A stretch of DNA of 59,861 nucleotides, the filler included. It is 6 parts of 6 records of this genome, joined end to end, with 100 filler letters (N's around TTAATTAATTAA, not from the genome) between each part and the next. Parts side by side here need not be neighbours in the genome. Positions count along the whole stretch, not along the records: positions 6,418 to 24,246 come from SRR31156797_6744; positions 24,347 to 30,271 come from SRR31156797_6760; 4 more parts are not named here. The stretch is one strand, 5' to 3'. Position numbers and translations under genes: made by a program. This document shows positions 21,363 through 30,371 of this stretch, one piece after another. Within the stretch, counting starts at the first letter, position 1. Each line of letters opens with the position of its first letter. The notes under the pieces were generated by a model. It was not told where the DNA came from, made no database searches, and saw nothing but the letters and a program-made list of their open reading frames with translations.

Positions 21363-22676
21363 CTATTTTGCCAACTGCAAATTGAAATTCTCTAATGCCA
21401 TGCATAATTCTTTTAGGAATCTTGCTGCTGGAGCACCGTCAAGTGCTCTATGGTCAAATGTCAGCGATAATCCCATGCTAGGATATGTAGTAACTTCATC
21501 ATCCACTACCTTAACCTTTTGTTCAATAGTACAGACCCCCAAGATACAAGTCTGAGGTGGATTTATTACTGGTGTGAAGCTCTCTATACCGAATGTTCCT
21601 AGATTTGTAACAGTAAATGTACCACCAGCAAGTAAATCTGGTGAAATATTACCGCTCTTAGCTTGGTTAATAGTTTCCTTCGCAGCCATTGAGAATTCAT
21701 TCAAAGTCATATTATTAGCACCAAAAACAGTAGGAACCAATAACCCTCTGTCTGTATCTACAGCAATACCCATATTGACATCTCTGAAATATCTCATTGT
21801 ATCTCCAAGGTAATGAGCATTACATGCTTTGTGATTACGAAGAACTTTTACTGTTGCATATACTACTATATCGTTTAATGTGATATTGTTTAGTCCTAAA
21901 GCTTCACCCATTTCCTTAACGGATTTTCTAAATGCCATTATTCCAGTCGCATCAAATGAAGCATTTAGTGTAAGCTGAGCCATGTCTGAAAGTGAAGCAT
22001 GCATAGATTTTGCAATAACTTTTCTTACATTTGACAGCTTCTCATCTTCAAATTCCGATTCAATAGGTGCTAAGCTTTGCTTCACAGATGTTTGTTTGTT
22101 CAAATCGTTTGTTGAAACAGCACCGGCAAGTCCTGAACCTTCAATGCCGCCTTTATATTCACCGGCAGATGCACTGGTTATTTTGATACCTTCTGATGCT
22201 AGTTTTAGTACGTCTTGTTCTATTATTCTTCCATATGGACCAGTGGCCGATGCCTTTGTCAAATCAACATTATGTCTCTCAGCCTGTATTCTAGCTCTAG
22301 GTGATATTTTGTAATCACCTTTTTCACTTTTTTCTGGAGCAGTTTCAACAGCGTTTACTGTTTTTTGGATTTCTTCTTCTGCAGCTTCTTCCTTTTGAGG
22401 TTCATCGTCTGACTGCATGAATTCTGAAATATCCTCACCTTCATTTCCTATTACGCATACATTGTCAAGGCAAGGTACATCATCGCCTTCTTCGGCTAAA
22501 AGCACTAGCAAAGTACCCTCAAATTCAGATTCAATATCAAATGCTGCTTTGTCTGTTTCGCAGGTAAACAACACATCTCCTACCTTTACTTCATCACCAA
22601 CATTTTTACACCACTGTGTAATTATACAGCTTTCGACTGATTGCCCTTGTCTGGGCATGATTACTGCATGTGCCAT
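21363..22676 (-). CDS. Dihydrolipoamide acyltransferase (E2)
   Basis: Lipoyl domain ETDKAA, E3-binding domain (SPRAR...TGPYGRI), catalytic DHRALDG. Confidence 0.95.
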   Translation of the reverse strand: MAHAVIMPRQGQSVESCIITQWCKNVGDEVKVGDVLFTCETDKAAFDIESEFEGTLLVLLAEEGDDVPCLDNVCVIGNEGEDISEFMQSDDEPQKEEAAEEEIQKTVNAVETAPEKSEKGDYKISPRARIQAERHNVDLTKASATGPYGRIIEQDVLKLASEGIKITSASAGEYKGGIEGSGLAGAVSTNDLNKQTSVKQSLAPIESEFEDEKLSNVRKVIAKSMHASLSDMAQLTLNASFDATGIMAFRKSVKEMGEALGLNNITLNDIVVYATVKVLRNHKACNAHYLGDTMRYFRDVNMGIAVDTDRGLLVPTVFGANNMTLNEFSMAAKETINQAKSGNISPDLLAGGTFTVTNLGTFGIESFTPVINPPQTCILGVCTIEQKVKVVDDEVTTYPSMGLSLTFDHRALDGAPAARFLKELCMALENFNLQLAK

Positions 22677-22699
22677 TATGCATCCTCCTAAAATTTTAA

Positions 22700-23461
22700 T
22701 TAAGCTATTACAAGCTCCACTTTATCATTTATTTTCTCTTTAGTTTCTTTATCTATACCCTTATCTGTAATAAACACGTCAATATCTTCCCACTTTGCAA
22801 ACTCTATCATGGAATATGTCTTTGCCTTACTGGAATCACCAAGTACAATGCTCTTGTTTACGCTTTTTATCATTGCTCTTTTTATCTCTTCTTCTTCAAA
22901 ATTCTCAACACAAGGACCCATCCTGTCTTTAAAACCGCTTGTACCCAGCAGAGCTAAATCTGCTCTGATTTCTTCAATTGCTCTGATTGCCCAACCTCCT
23001 ACAATTGCATTGGAATTATTCCTGATGCGTCCGCCTAAAATGTATGTTGCAACCTTATAATCATCTAATATCTGAGCTGTTTTAGGACTGTTTGTAAAGA
23101 CCGTAATGTTATTCTTCATTGCCAGCATTTTTGCAAAAGCATATGTAGTGCTTCCTGCATCAATCAGCAAAATCATTCCGTCTGAAATGTATTCAACTGC
23201 TTTCTTTGCAATTATCATTTTTTCATCTGTAAATTTACTATGTTTTTCTAAAAAGCTAGGCTCTATTAATGAGTTGGCAACTACTGCACCACCGTACCCT
23301 TTCTTTGCAACACCCTTTTCCTCAAGGTATAGTAAGTCTTTTCGTATTGTTTCGGAAGACACATTAAAAAAATCTGAAAGCTCTGATACCTTAATCTTAC
23401 CTTCAGCAATAAGTTTCTTTTCTATAAATTGTCTTCTTTCATCAACTAATGTGTTTGCCAT
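22700..23461 (-). CDS. DeoR/GlpR-family transcriptional regulator (first gene of the sugar operon)
   Basis: VSSETIRKDL HTH, IDAGSTT, VFTNS and LGDSSK. Confidence 0.95.
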   Translation of the reverse strand: MANTLVDERRQFIEKKLIAEGKIKVSELSDFFNVSSETIRKDLLYLEEKGVAKKGYGGAVVANSLIEPSFLEKHSKFTDEKMIIAKKAVEYISDGMILLIDAGSTTYAFAKMLAMKNNITVFTNSPKTAQILDDYKVATYILGGRIRNNSNAIVGGWAIRAIEEIRADLALLGTSGFKDRMGPCVENFEEEEIKRAMIKSVNKSIVLGDSSKAKTYSMIEFAKWEDIDVFITDKGIDKETKEKINDKVELVIA

Positions 23462-23527
23462 AGGATACCTCCCCCCTCCCGGGTTGTGATTCGGCAGCTA
23501 TATCGCAACCAATTCCAATCAATCACA

Positions 23528-23556
23528 ATTATATATTAGCATTTTGTTGCTGTCAA
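23528..23556 (-). promoter_or_regulatory. Consensus SigA promoter of the deoR-led operon
   Basis: Minus strand TTGACA (23556-23551)-N17-TATAAT (23533-23528). Confidence 0.8.
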
Positions 23557-23751
23557 GACCGTTTTAGTCCAATTTTATTTGAATTTCGTTTATTTTTTTA
23601 CTTTTATATTGGAATTCCAAGAATATAATATCAGTCTCAATATATCTCTATAATATACATCAACAATATAGATTTATAATTATGTGCATTATATTCTTAA
23701 TTCGTGATACAATAATATATGTAGGAGTCAGATTGTTTAAAGGATAGTATT

Positions 23752-24177
23752 ATGATTAAAAGTGATATTTATGAACTAATGAAGAAAAAAGGACAAAGAA
23801 TAACTAGGCAAAAAGAAGTGATATTAACTATTTTTATACAGAACAGACACAAGTTATTATCAGTTAATGATATTATTGATATCCTGCCAAAAAATGAAGG
23901 TATTAATAGTGCTACTGTATATCGAAATGTACAAAACTTTCTAGAACTGGAAATTATAGAATCAATGGTTGATGACTCTGGTATAGCAAAATATGTTATC
24001 AGGTGCAATGAAAAACACCATCACCATCTGATATGTCTAGAATGCGGTAAACTTATTCCAGTAATATGTGATAAAGATAAGTTTCATGAGTTAACCAGCA
24101 AGTATGATTTCAAAGAATCGTATCACACATTGGAAGTTTACGGTATATGTCATAATTGCACGAAATCAAAAAAATAA
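23752..24177 (+). CDS. Fur-family regulator, probably Zur
   Basis: GQRITRQK, ATVYRN, HHHHLICLECG and YGICHNC motifs. Confidence 0.9.
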   Translation: MIKSDIYELMKKKGQRITRQKEVILTIFIQNRHKLLSVNDIIDILPKNEGINSATVYRNVQNFLELEIIESMVDDSGIAKYVIRCNEKHHHHLICLECGKLIPVICDKDKFHELTSKYDFKESYHTLEVYGICHNCTKSKK

Positions 24178-24188
24178 TATATAAATAA

Positions 24189-24240
24189 TTGACTAGATAA
24201 AAATACTGTGATACACTTATTGCAAATGATTTGCAATAAG
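24189..24240 (+). promoter_or_regulatory. Promoter with overlapping Fur-family (Zur-like) operator for a gene lost at the contig end
   Basis: TTGACT-N17-TACACT with extended TG; perfect 12-1-12 palindrome CTTATTGCAAAT-G-ATTTGCAATAAG at 24216-24240; GGAGGT RBS follows. Confidence 0.75.
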
Positions 24241-24246
24241 GAGGTT

Positions 24247-24346
24247 NNNNNNNNNNNNNNNNNNNNNNNNNNNNNNNNNNNNNNNNNNNNTTAATTAATT
24301 AANNNNNNNNNNNNNNNNNNNNNNNNNNNNNNNNNNNNNNNNNNNN
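24247..24346. other. Artificial contig spacer
   Basis: N-run + TTAATTAATTAA + N-run. Confidence 0.99.
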
Positions 24347-24373
24347 AATGAAATCCGATCACCTGATACAAAC

Positions 24374-25240
24374 ATGATAAATGAGTTGAGAAGACAAGAA
24401 GAAGTTTCCAAAATAGAACCCGCAATAATGGACTTTCAATCGTTTAAACGGAATATATTGACGCGCATTCCTCGAGATGATGAAATCGACTCATATGAAA
24501 CTCATTATATTTTAGACTCCCAAATTATTGACTTGATGCAACGTGTAAATAATACGATGAAAAGCATTGGCAATATACCAAAGGAATTCTTGATTTTTGG
24601 TGGATGTAGCCCACACCGATGCCCAGGGGCCTTCGATGTTAACTTATTATTAAACTGCTATTACAATGTAAAAATCAAAGACGGGTTTACCTTAGACTAT
24701 ATTTATGCATACAATAACAATGGTGGCGAACCTTTAGTCTATTCTAGAAAACACCGCGAAAGACCATTTGACTTTTTAGATGAGTATTTTGCTCGATATA
24801 ATTTCATCAAACAACCTTTTATGCTATTAGGAAGTGAACCAAATCTTGAGTTAACAATGCCTTATACTCCTCAACTCATCTTTGAAAATACACCATTTTC
24901 TGTATTTCAATTTGGCTTAATGTGCATGAATATTCGTCGGTTCTATTTGCATTGGCACTCTAACTATAACGACAGGAAGTATTTATTAACCCAAAGCGGA
25001 CTCAATCGTTTCATTGCCAATAACGTAGGAAACCTGAATGATGATGAAGTAGTGGCTTTAAAAAAGATCGACTGCAGGCCTACCGTCAATTTCTACAAAG
25101 ATTTTGCCAAAATATCAATTATGTCTTATGAAGAAAATATTGGTTATTCTTTCGCACATATTTTGTTGAAATTCCCAAATATTTTTATAAAAGTGAATGA
25201 TAACATTGTTATTAAATCAAAAGCAAAACGACTTTACTGA
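24374..25240 (+). CDS. Hypothetical protein (may be 5'-truncated)
   Basis: 288-aa ORF, visibly more AT-rich than the rest of the contig; motif-like segments LDYIY..GGEPLVYSR and FYLHWHSNYND; no function recognised. Confidence 0.7.
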   Translation: MINELRRQEEVSKIEPAIMDFQSFKRNILTRIPRDDEIDSYETHYILDSQIIDLMQRVNNTMKSIGNIPKEFLIFGGCSPHRCPGAFDVNLLLNCYYNVKIKDGFTLDYIYAYNNNGGEPLVYSRKHRERPFDFLDEYFARYNFIKQPFMLLGSEPNLELTMPYTPQLIFENTPFSVFQFGLMCMNIRRFYLHWHSNYNDRKYLLTQSGLNRFIANNVGNLNDDEVVALKKIDCRPTVNFYKDFAKISIMSYEENIGYSFAHILLKFPNIFIKVNDNIVIKSKAKRLY

Positions 25241-25266
25241 AAAAAACCTGACAACCATCATAGCTG

Positions 25267-25298
25267 CGTAGGTTGGATTATCTCAGCGTAACTCAACA
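25267..25298 (+). repeat. Degenerate GTAG-type REP
   Basis: CGTAGGTTGGATTA-tctcagcg-TAACTCAACA: GTAG followed by an imperfect palindrome, between convergent genes. Confidence 0.55.
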
Positions 25299-25301
25299 GT
25301 A

Positions 25302-26864
25302 TTATAGCTTTTCCGCCTCTTTAACCAGTTGGGCCGCCGTTCGTCCTTTACGGTTTTTCACGTCAGGGTCCGCTCCAGCCTCCTTAAGAGCTTCCATGGC
25401 CTCCCGGTTTATTTCCCGGGCCGCATAATGCATGGGAGTGTCGCCGATTTTATCCTTGGCATGGGGATCGGCGCCATGCTTTATCAGCAATCTCGTCATC
25501 TCCAATGCATTTTCCCCTGCACTCGCGGCGATATGAAGAGGTGCGACGCCTTTGGAGTCATGAATGTTCGGATTAGCCCGGGCTGCAAGAAGCTCATTGA
25601 GCGCTTCAAGCCTCCCGTAGGCCGTCACCCTGTGCAAGGGCGTTTCACCATTTGCGTTTCCGGCGTTAACGTCCGCCCCATGCCGGATCAGCGCTTGCAC
25701 CGCTGCCTGTCCATATTCGGAAGCGCCGTGAAGAGGCGTATTTTTATCCCGATCAATGGCGGCGGCGTCCGCCCCGGCTTCTAAAAGAAGTGAGGTGAGC
25801 CGGCCGTCTTCGTCCCTGGACAAATAATGCAGCGGGGTGCAACCCTTTTGGTCGACAGCGCTTGGGTCGGCGCCTTTTTTAAGCAGGGCATTAATCATTT
25901 CAACCCGGGTCGATCTATTGAGGACAAAATCGGCCGCAGCGTAATGAAGGGGAGTTAGACCCGAATCATCGACGGCGTTAACTTCTGCACCGCGTCCCAG
26001 CAGCAACTCGGCTGCTTCAGCATATCCCTGTTCACAGGCTGCGTGTAACGGCGTATTTCCGCCGTCCCTTCCGGCTGATACGTCTGCGCCCAGTTCCAGG
26101 AATTCGGCGACCAGTCCGCTCAACCCTCTTTTACTGGCCAGGTATAATGGCGTCTCGCCCACGCTGTTCGGCCGGTCATACTCTGCTCCATGATCAAATA
26201 ACAGCCGGGCGGTCTCTTCACGGCCCTTTGTCAAGGCGTTATGCAGGGGCGTATATCCCGACGGGCCCGCAACATTGATTTCCGCACCGGCCGAAATTAA
26301 TATCCGCGCGATTTCAATATCCCCGTTCCAGGCGGCCATATGCAAGGCGGTTTCCCCATTAAACCGCTGATTGACGTCCGCCCCCTGGTCCAGCAGTTCT
26401 TGCACCTTTATCTTGTCGGAAGCTTCTACCGCCTCTTCCATGGGAAACACGATATAAGATCCTGTCTTGATCAAATAAAACTGGAAGGCCATGGTCAGAA
26501 CCAAAACCAACGTTGCTGTGATCGGGTAGACGGCGCCTAATTCCGCGGCGATTCTTTCAGGAGAGATATACGGACCGATGAAAATGGCGGCAAACACCGC
26601 CGCATAAACCAAAAGAGTTATAAAGCAGCCGTAATGAGCATAGATGGCAATATCCCGGCCCATGTAATACCCGAAAAAGATGAATGGAAAGATTAAAGGC
26701 CAGGACCAGTCAAGACCCCAGGTGAATATATATCCAATGTAAACAATGAGCGCCCACGCCGGCAGATGCACAATCGGGCCGGGCATACGGTAAGCCGAAA
26801 AACCGGTTGTAGCCGGGATGGGTTTCGAGAAATAAAGCAGAATTGTTTTCAGATAAATATTCAT
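25302..26864 (-). CDS. Ankyrin-repeat protein with N-terminal membrane domain
   Basis: About 11 repeats of G.TPLH.A...G....LL..GAD; first ~135 aa hold about 4 hydrophobic helices. Confidence 0.92.
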   Translation of the reverse strand: MNIYLKTILLYFSKPIPATTGFSAYRMPGPIVHLPAWALIVYIGYIFTWGLDWSWPLIFPFIFFGYYMGRDIAIYAHYGCFITLLVYAAVFAAIFIGPYISPERIAAELGAVYPITATLVLVLTMAFQFYLIKTGSYIVFPMEEAVEASDKIKVQELLDQGADVNQRFNGETALHMAAWNGDIEIARILISAGAEINVAGPSGYTPLHNALTKGREETARLLFDHGAEYDRPNSVGETPLYLASKRGLSGLVAEFLELGADVSAGRDGGNTPLHAACEQGYAEAAELLLGRGAEVNAVDDSGLTPLHYAAADFVLNRSTRVEMINALLKKGADPSAVDQKGCTPLHYLSRDEDGRLTSLLLEAGADAAAIDRDKNTPLHGASEYGQAAVQALIRHGADVNAGNANGETPLHRVTAYGRLEALNELLAARANPNIHDSKGVAPLHIAASAGENALEMTRLLIKHGADPHAKDKIGDTPMHYAAREINREAMEALKEAGADPDVKNRKGRTAAQLVKEAEKL

Positions 26865-26948
26865 GCTTCACCTATGCAGTCCAACCTGAAACCGGTTTAA
26901 CTTATTCTATGTCATAACTCGATCTATTGGGATTCCTTTTCCTGTGAC

Positions 26949-27308
26949 TTAAAACAACCGGTCCGTCCGGCCTTCAAGGATGCGTTTGATTTCCAAAAGC
27001 CCTTTTTTGATATCGCGCATGGCGGAATCGGCGTCCCGCGACGGCGTCTTGCCGGCGGGTTCCGGGGCGCTGATTTGTTTTTTGGCCCCGGCGATTGTAT
27101 ATTTTTCGTCGTAGAGCAGACGCTTTATTTCAAGGAAAATGATAATATCCTTGCGGCGATAAAGGCGTTGTTTGGAAGAAGCGCGGTTAGGTTTGATCTG
27201 GGGAAATTCGGTTTCCCAGAATCGCAGGACATGAGGCTCAACCCCGACGATTTCGGCGGCCTCGCCAATTTTAAAATATACTTTGTCGGGAATATCAGGG
27301 GGGCGCAA
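26949..27308 (-). CDS. MerR-family HTH protein (conserved downstream of ihfA)
   Basis: YFKIGEAAEIVGVEPHVLRFWETEF...RLYRRKD; pheT-ihfA-merR synteny. Confidence 0.92.
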   Translation of the reverse strand: MRPPDIPDKVYFKIGEAAEIVGVEPHVLRFWETEFPQIKPNRASSKQRLYRRKDIIIFLEIKRLLYDEKYTIAGAKKQISAPEPAGKTPSRDADSAMRDIKKGLLEIKRILEGRTDRLF

Positions 27309-27335
27309 TATTCACCTCCCGTCCATAGTCATGAG

Positions 27336-27635
27336 TTATCCGGTCTCATTCCTGAGAGACTTGCGAATGGACTGGCTGGGTTTGAAAGTAAGCACGGTTC
27401 GGGCTTCTATGGTCATGTCGTCGCCGGTTTGAGGATTCCTTCCCCGGCGCTCCTTTTTTTTCCTGACTTCAAAGTTGCCCAATCCGGATATCTTGACGCT
27501 TTCACCCCTGGCCAGCGCATCCTTGATTATCTCAAAAAGATCGTCCACAACCCTGGCCGCGGCAGTGCGGGGTAAGCCCATTTTTTCCTGAACCACATCA
27601 ATGATATCGGCTTTTGTCAGGACGTTGTCACCCAC
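27336..27635 (-). CDS. ihfA: Integration host factor alpha subunit
   Basis: LTKADI, VKISGLGNF and GRNPQTG; immediately after pheT. Confidence 0.92.
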   Translation of the reverse strand: MGDNVLTKADIIDVVQEKMGLPRTAAARVVDDLFEIIKDALARGESVKISGLGNFEVRKKKERRGRNPQTGDDMTIEARTVLTFKPSQSIRKSLRNETG

Positions 27636-27667
27636 GGTTATCCTCCACAGCGGCCATGATTAAATTT

Positions 27668-30073
27668 TCAGCCCCGAAGGGTTGCGGAAAATTCTTTAAG
27701 AACCCTGGCTGTAATTCTCTCGTGAACGGCATTGACCTCTTCATCGGTCAGCGTGCGTTCCTTGGAACGATACAAAAGGCGGAAGGCCAGGCTCTTTTTA
27801 TTTTCGCCCAACTGCTTGCCTTCATAGGCGTCAAATATGGTCGCTTCCGTCAGGAAGTCTTCTCCCATACCCAGAATGTAATCGAGCACCCGGGCCGATT
27901 CGGTTTCCCTGTCCAGGACAATGGCCAGATCGCGGTCGACAAACGGGAAGCGGGGCAATTGTGCAAACCGCGGCCTTTCCTTGCGCAACGCCAGAATAGC
28001 ATTCATATCCAATTCGAATACATATGCATCCTGCCTAAGTCCGAAAACCTTGGCGACCTTGTCGTCTATCCGCCCCAGGCATCCCAGGGCCTGTCCCATT
28101 ATGCCCAGGCGGGCCGAAGCCGACCGGTCGTAATAAGCGGGCAATCCGGCGCGTTCAAAGGCGGGCATGGGCACGCCCAGGCCTTCCAGCAGGTCTTCGA
28201 CATAACCCTTGATATCGTAAAAGTCCACGGATTCGGGCTTCTGGCGCCATGAAATATCCGAACTGTTTCCCGTAATCAATCCACCGATCGCGGGACGTTC
28301 GTCAGGCAGATCTTCATTTTCCCTGTGGAAAAATGTCATGCCTATTTCATAGATCTCCACATCCTGGACCCCGTGGGAATTGTTACGGCGGGCCGTATCC
28401 AAAAGGCCCGGAACCAGGGTGGTGCGCATCAGGGCCTGATCTTCGGACAGGGGATTGATTATCCGGACCGTGTTGCGGCGTTCATCATCATCGGGCAGAT
28501 TGAGCCTGTCGCAGAATCCTTCCTCGATAAAACTGTAATTAACAACTTCGGAAAGGCCCATGCCTTCCAACCGGTCCCTGATCTCCACGCGCAGGGGACG
28601 GGACGGCTCCTCGGGCCAGGCTTCGTCCCTGGCGGCCGGGATTGTGGCCGGTATCTGATAAAAGCCGATCAGGCGGGCCACTTCTTCATAAATGTCCACG
28701 TCCCTTTCCAGGTCGACCCTGAAACTGGGAGGTTCGACATTAAGAACTTCACCGCTGCCGGAAACCTCGAGTTCAATTCCGGCCAGGCCGGCGACCATGC
28801 GTTTATGTCCGATATCCGTTCCCAAAAAGGCGTTGCACTTGGCCGGCGAAAAGGGAATTATCCTTTTTTTATGAGGTTTGGGGTAGTTATCGATAATGCC
28901 GCGGGCGATTGTTCCGCCGGCCAGTTCGGCCATCAGGGTCGCGGCCCTGTTCGCTGCCCAGGCGCATATTTCGGGATCGGTTCCCCGCTCGAAGCGGAAG
29001 CTGGCGTCGGTGGAAAGACCCAGGGTCTTGGAAGTGCGCCTGGTTGTGACCGGATTAAAATAGGCGCTTTCCAGCAGAACGTCTTTTGTTTCATTAACGA
29101 TTTCGGAATTAAGGCCGCCCATGACCCCGGCCAGGCCGACCGATTTTTTACCGTCGCAGATCATGAGCATGTCCGGGGTCATAATTCTTTCCACCCCGTC
29201 CAGGGTGACGAAACGGTCGCCTTCGTCGGCCGTCTTGACCACAATGCGCCTTTCGTCCAGCGTATCCATGTCAAAGGCGTGTTGAGGCTGCCCGACTTCC
29301 ATGAGAACGAAATTGGTAATGTCGACTATGTTGTTTATGGGGCGGACGCCGGCCGCATGCAGCCTGTCCGCCAGCCAGAAGGGGGAAGGTCCGACCTTGA
29401 CGTCCAGGATGACCCGGGCCGCGTAACGGGGACAATGATCCGGGTCCAGGATGTCGATGGAAGTCAATTCATTGATATCCGGCCCGGTTTCCTTGAGATC
29501 GAACACCGGGCGCTTCAAACGGACGCCGGACAAGCCGGCCACTTCCCTGGCCACGCCGATTATTGATAGGCAATCCGGCCTGTTGGGAGTAACGCCCAGT
29601 TCGAAGACCCAGTCATCCAGCTTAAGAGCTTTTTTAATGCTTTGTCCGGGCCGTGCGGTTGAAGTCAGGGCCAGTATTCCCGAAGCATCAGGTCCGACGA
29701 CCAGTTCGGCTTCGGAACAGAGCATACCGGTGGAACGCACGCCCCGAATCTCGGATTCGCTAACCTGCATGCCGCCGGGCAGTTCGGTCCCGACTTTTGC
29801 CAGTGCGGACAGCATGCCCACCGTAACATTGGGGGCGCCGCAGACCACGTCCACGGTTCCTTCACCGGTTTCCACCCGACAGATCTTTAGATGATCGGCC
29901 TTGGGATGGTCTTCCACGGACACAATCAGGCCGACAATTACACTGTCCAGGTAAGAATAACGGTCGCTAAGCTCCTCCACTTCCAGGCCGACCATGGTCA
30001 GCCGTTCGGCCAGTTGTGTGGGGGAGACGTCCAGATCAACGTAGTCCCGAAGCCAATTATAGCTTAGTCGCAT
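27668..30073 (-). CDS. pheT: Phenylalanine--tRNA ligase beta subunit
   Basis: 801 aa; HPKADHL, VVCGAPN, TPNRPDCLS, INNIVDITN, RFERGTD and FDX-ACB C-terminus. Confidence 0.97.
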   Translation of the reverse strand: MRLSYNWLRDYVDLDVSPTQLAERLTMVGLEVEELSDRYSYLDSVIVGLIVSVEDHPKADHLKICRVETGEGTVDVVCGAPNVTVGMLSALAKVGTELPGGMQVSESEIRGVRSTGMLCSEAELVVGPDASGILALTSTARPGQSIKKALKLDDWVFELGVTPNRPDCLSIIGVAREVAGLSGVRLKRPVFDLKETGPDINELTSIDILDPDHCPRYAARVILDVKVGPSPFWLADRLHAAGVRPINNIVDITNFVLMEVGQPQHAFDMDTLDERRIVVKTADEGDRFVTLDGVERIMTPDMLMICDGKKSVGLAGVMGGLNSEIVNETKDVLLESAYFNPVTTRRTSKTLGLSTDASFRFERGTDPEICAWAANRAATLMAELAGGTIARGIIDNYPKPHKKRIIPFSPAKCNAFLGTDIGHKRMVAGLAGIELEVSGSGEVLNVEPPSFRVDLERDVDIYEEVARLIGFYQIPATIPAARDEAWPEEPSRPLRVEIRDRLEGMGLSEVVNYSFIEEGFCDRLNLPDDDERRNTVRIINPLSEDQALMRTTLVPGLLDTARRNNSHGVQDVEIYEIGMTFFHRENEDLPDERPAIGGLITGNSSDISWRQKPESVDFYDIKGYVEDLLEGLGVPMPAFERAGLPAYYDRSASARLGIMGQALGCLGRIDDKVAKVFGLRQDAYVFELDMNAILALRKERPRFAQLPRFPFVDRDLAIVLDRETESARVLDYILGMGEDFLTEATIFDAYEGKQLGENKKSLAFRLLYRSKERTLTDEEVNAVHERITARVLKEFSATLRG

Positions 30074-30095
30074 GCCAATTAACCGTTTTTAAAAA

Positions 30096-30271
<176 letters not shown>

Positions 30272-30371
30272 NNNNNNNNNNNNNNNNNNNNNNNNNNNNN
30301 NNNNNNNNNNNNNNNTTAATTAATTAANNNNNNNNNNNNNNNNNNNNNNNNNNNNNNNNNNNNNNNNNNNN
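30272..30371. other. Artificial contig spacer
   Basis: N-run + TTAATTAATTAA + N-run. Confidence 0.99.

Noticed and set aside
25320-26420. Periodic DNA similarity suggesting a repeat array
   Set aside because: Explained by ankyrin coding repeats
28325-29566. 413-aa plus-strand ORF and other long ORFs antisense to pheT
   Set aside because: Fully antisense to a conserved essential gene in GC-richer DNA, with no recognisable motifs; shadow ORFs
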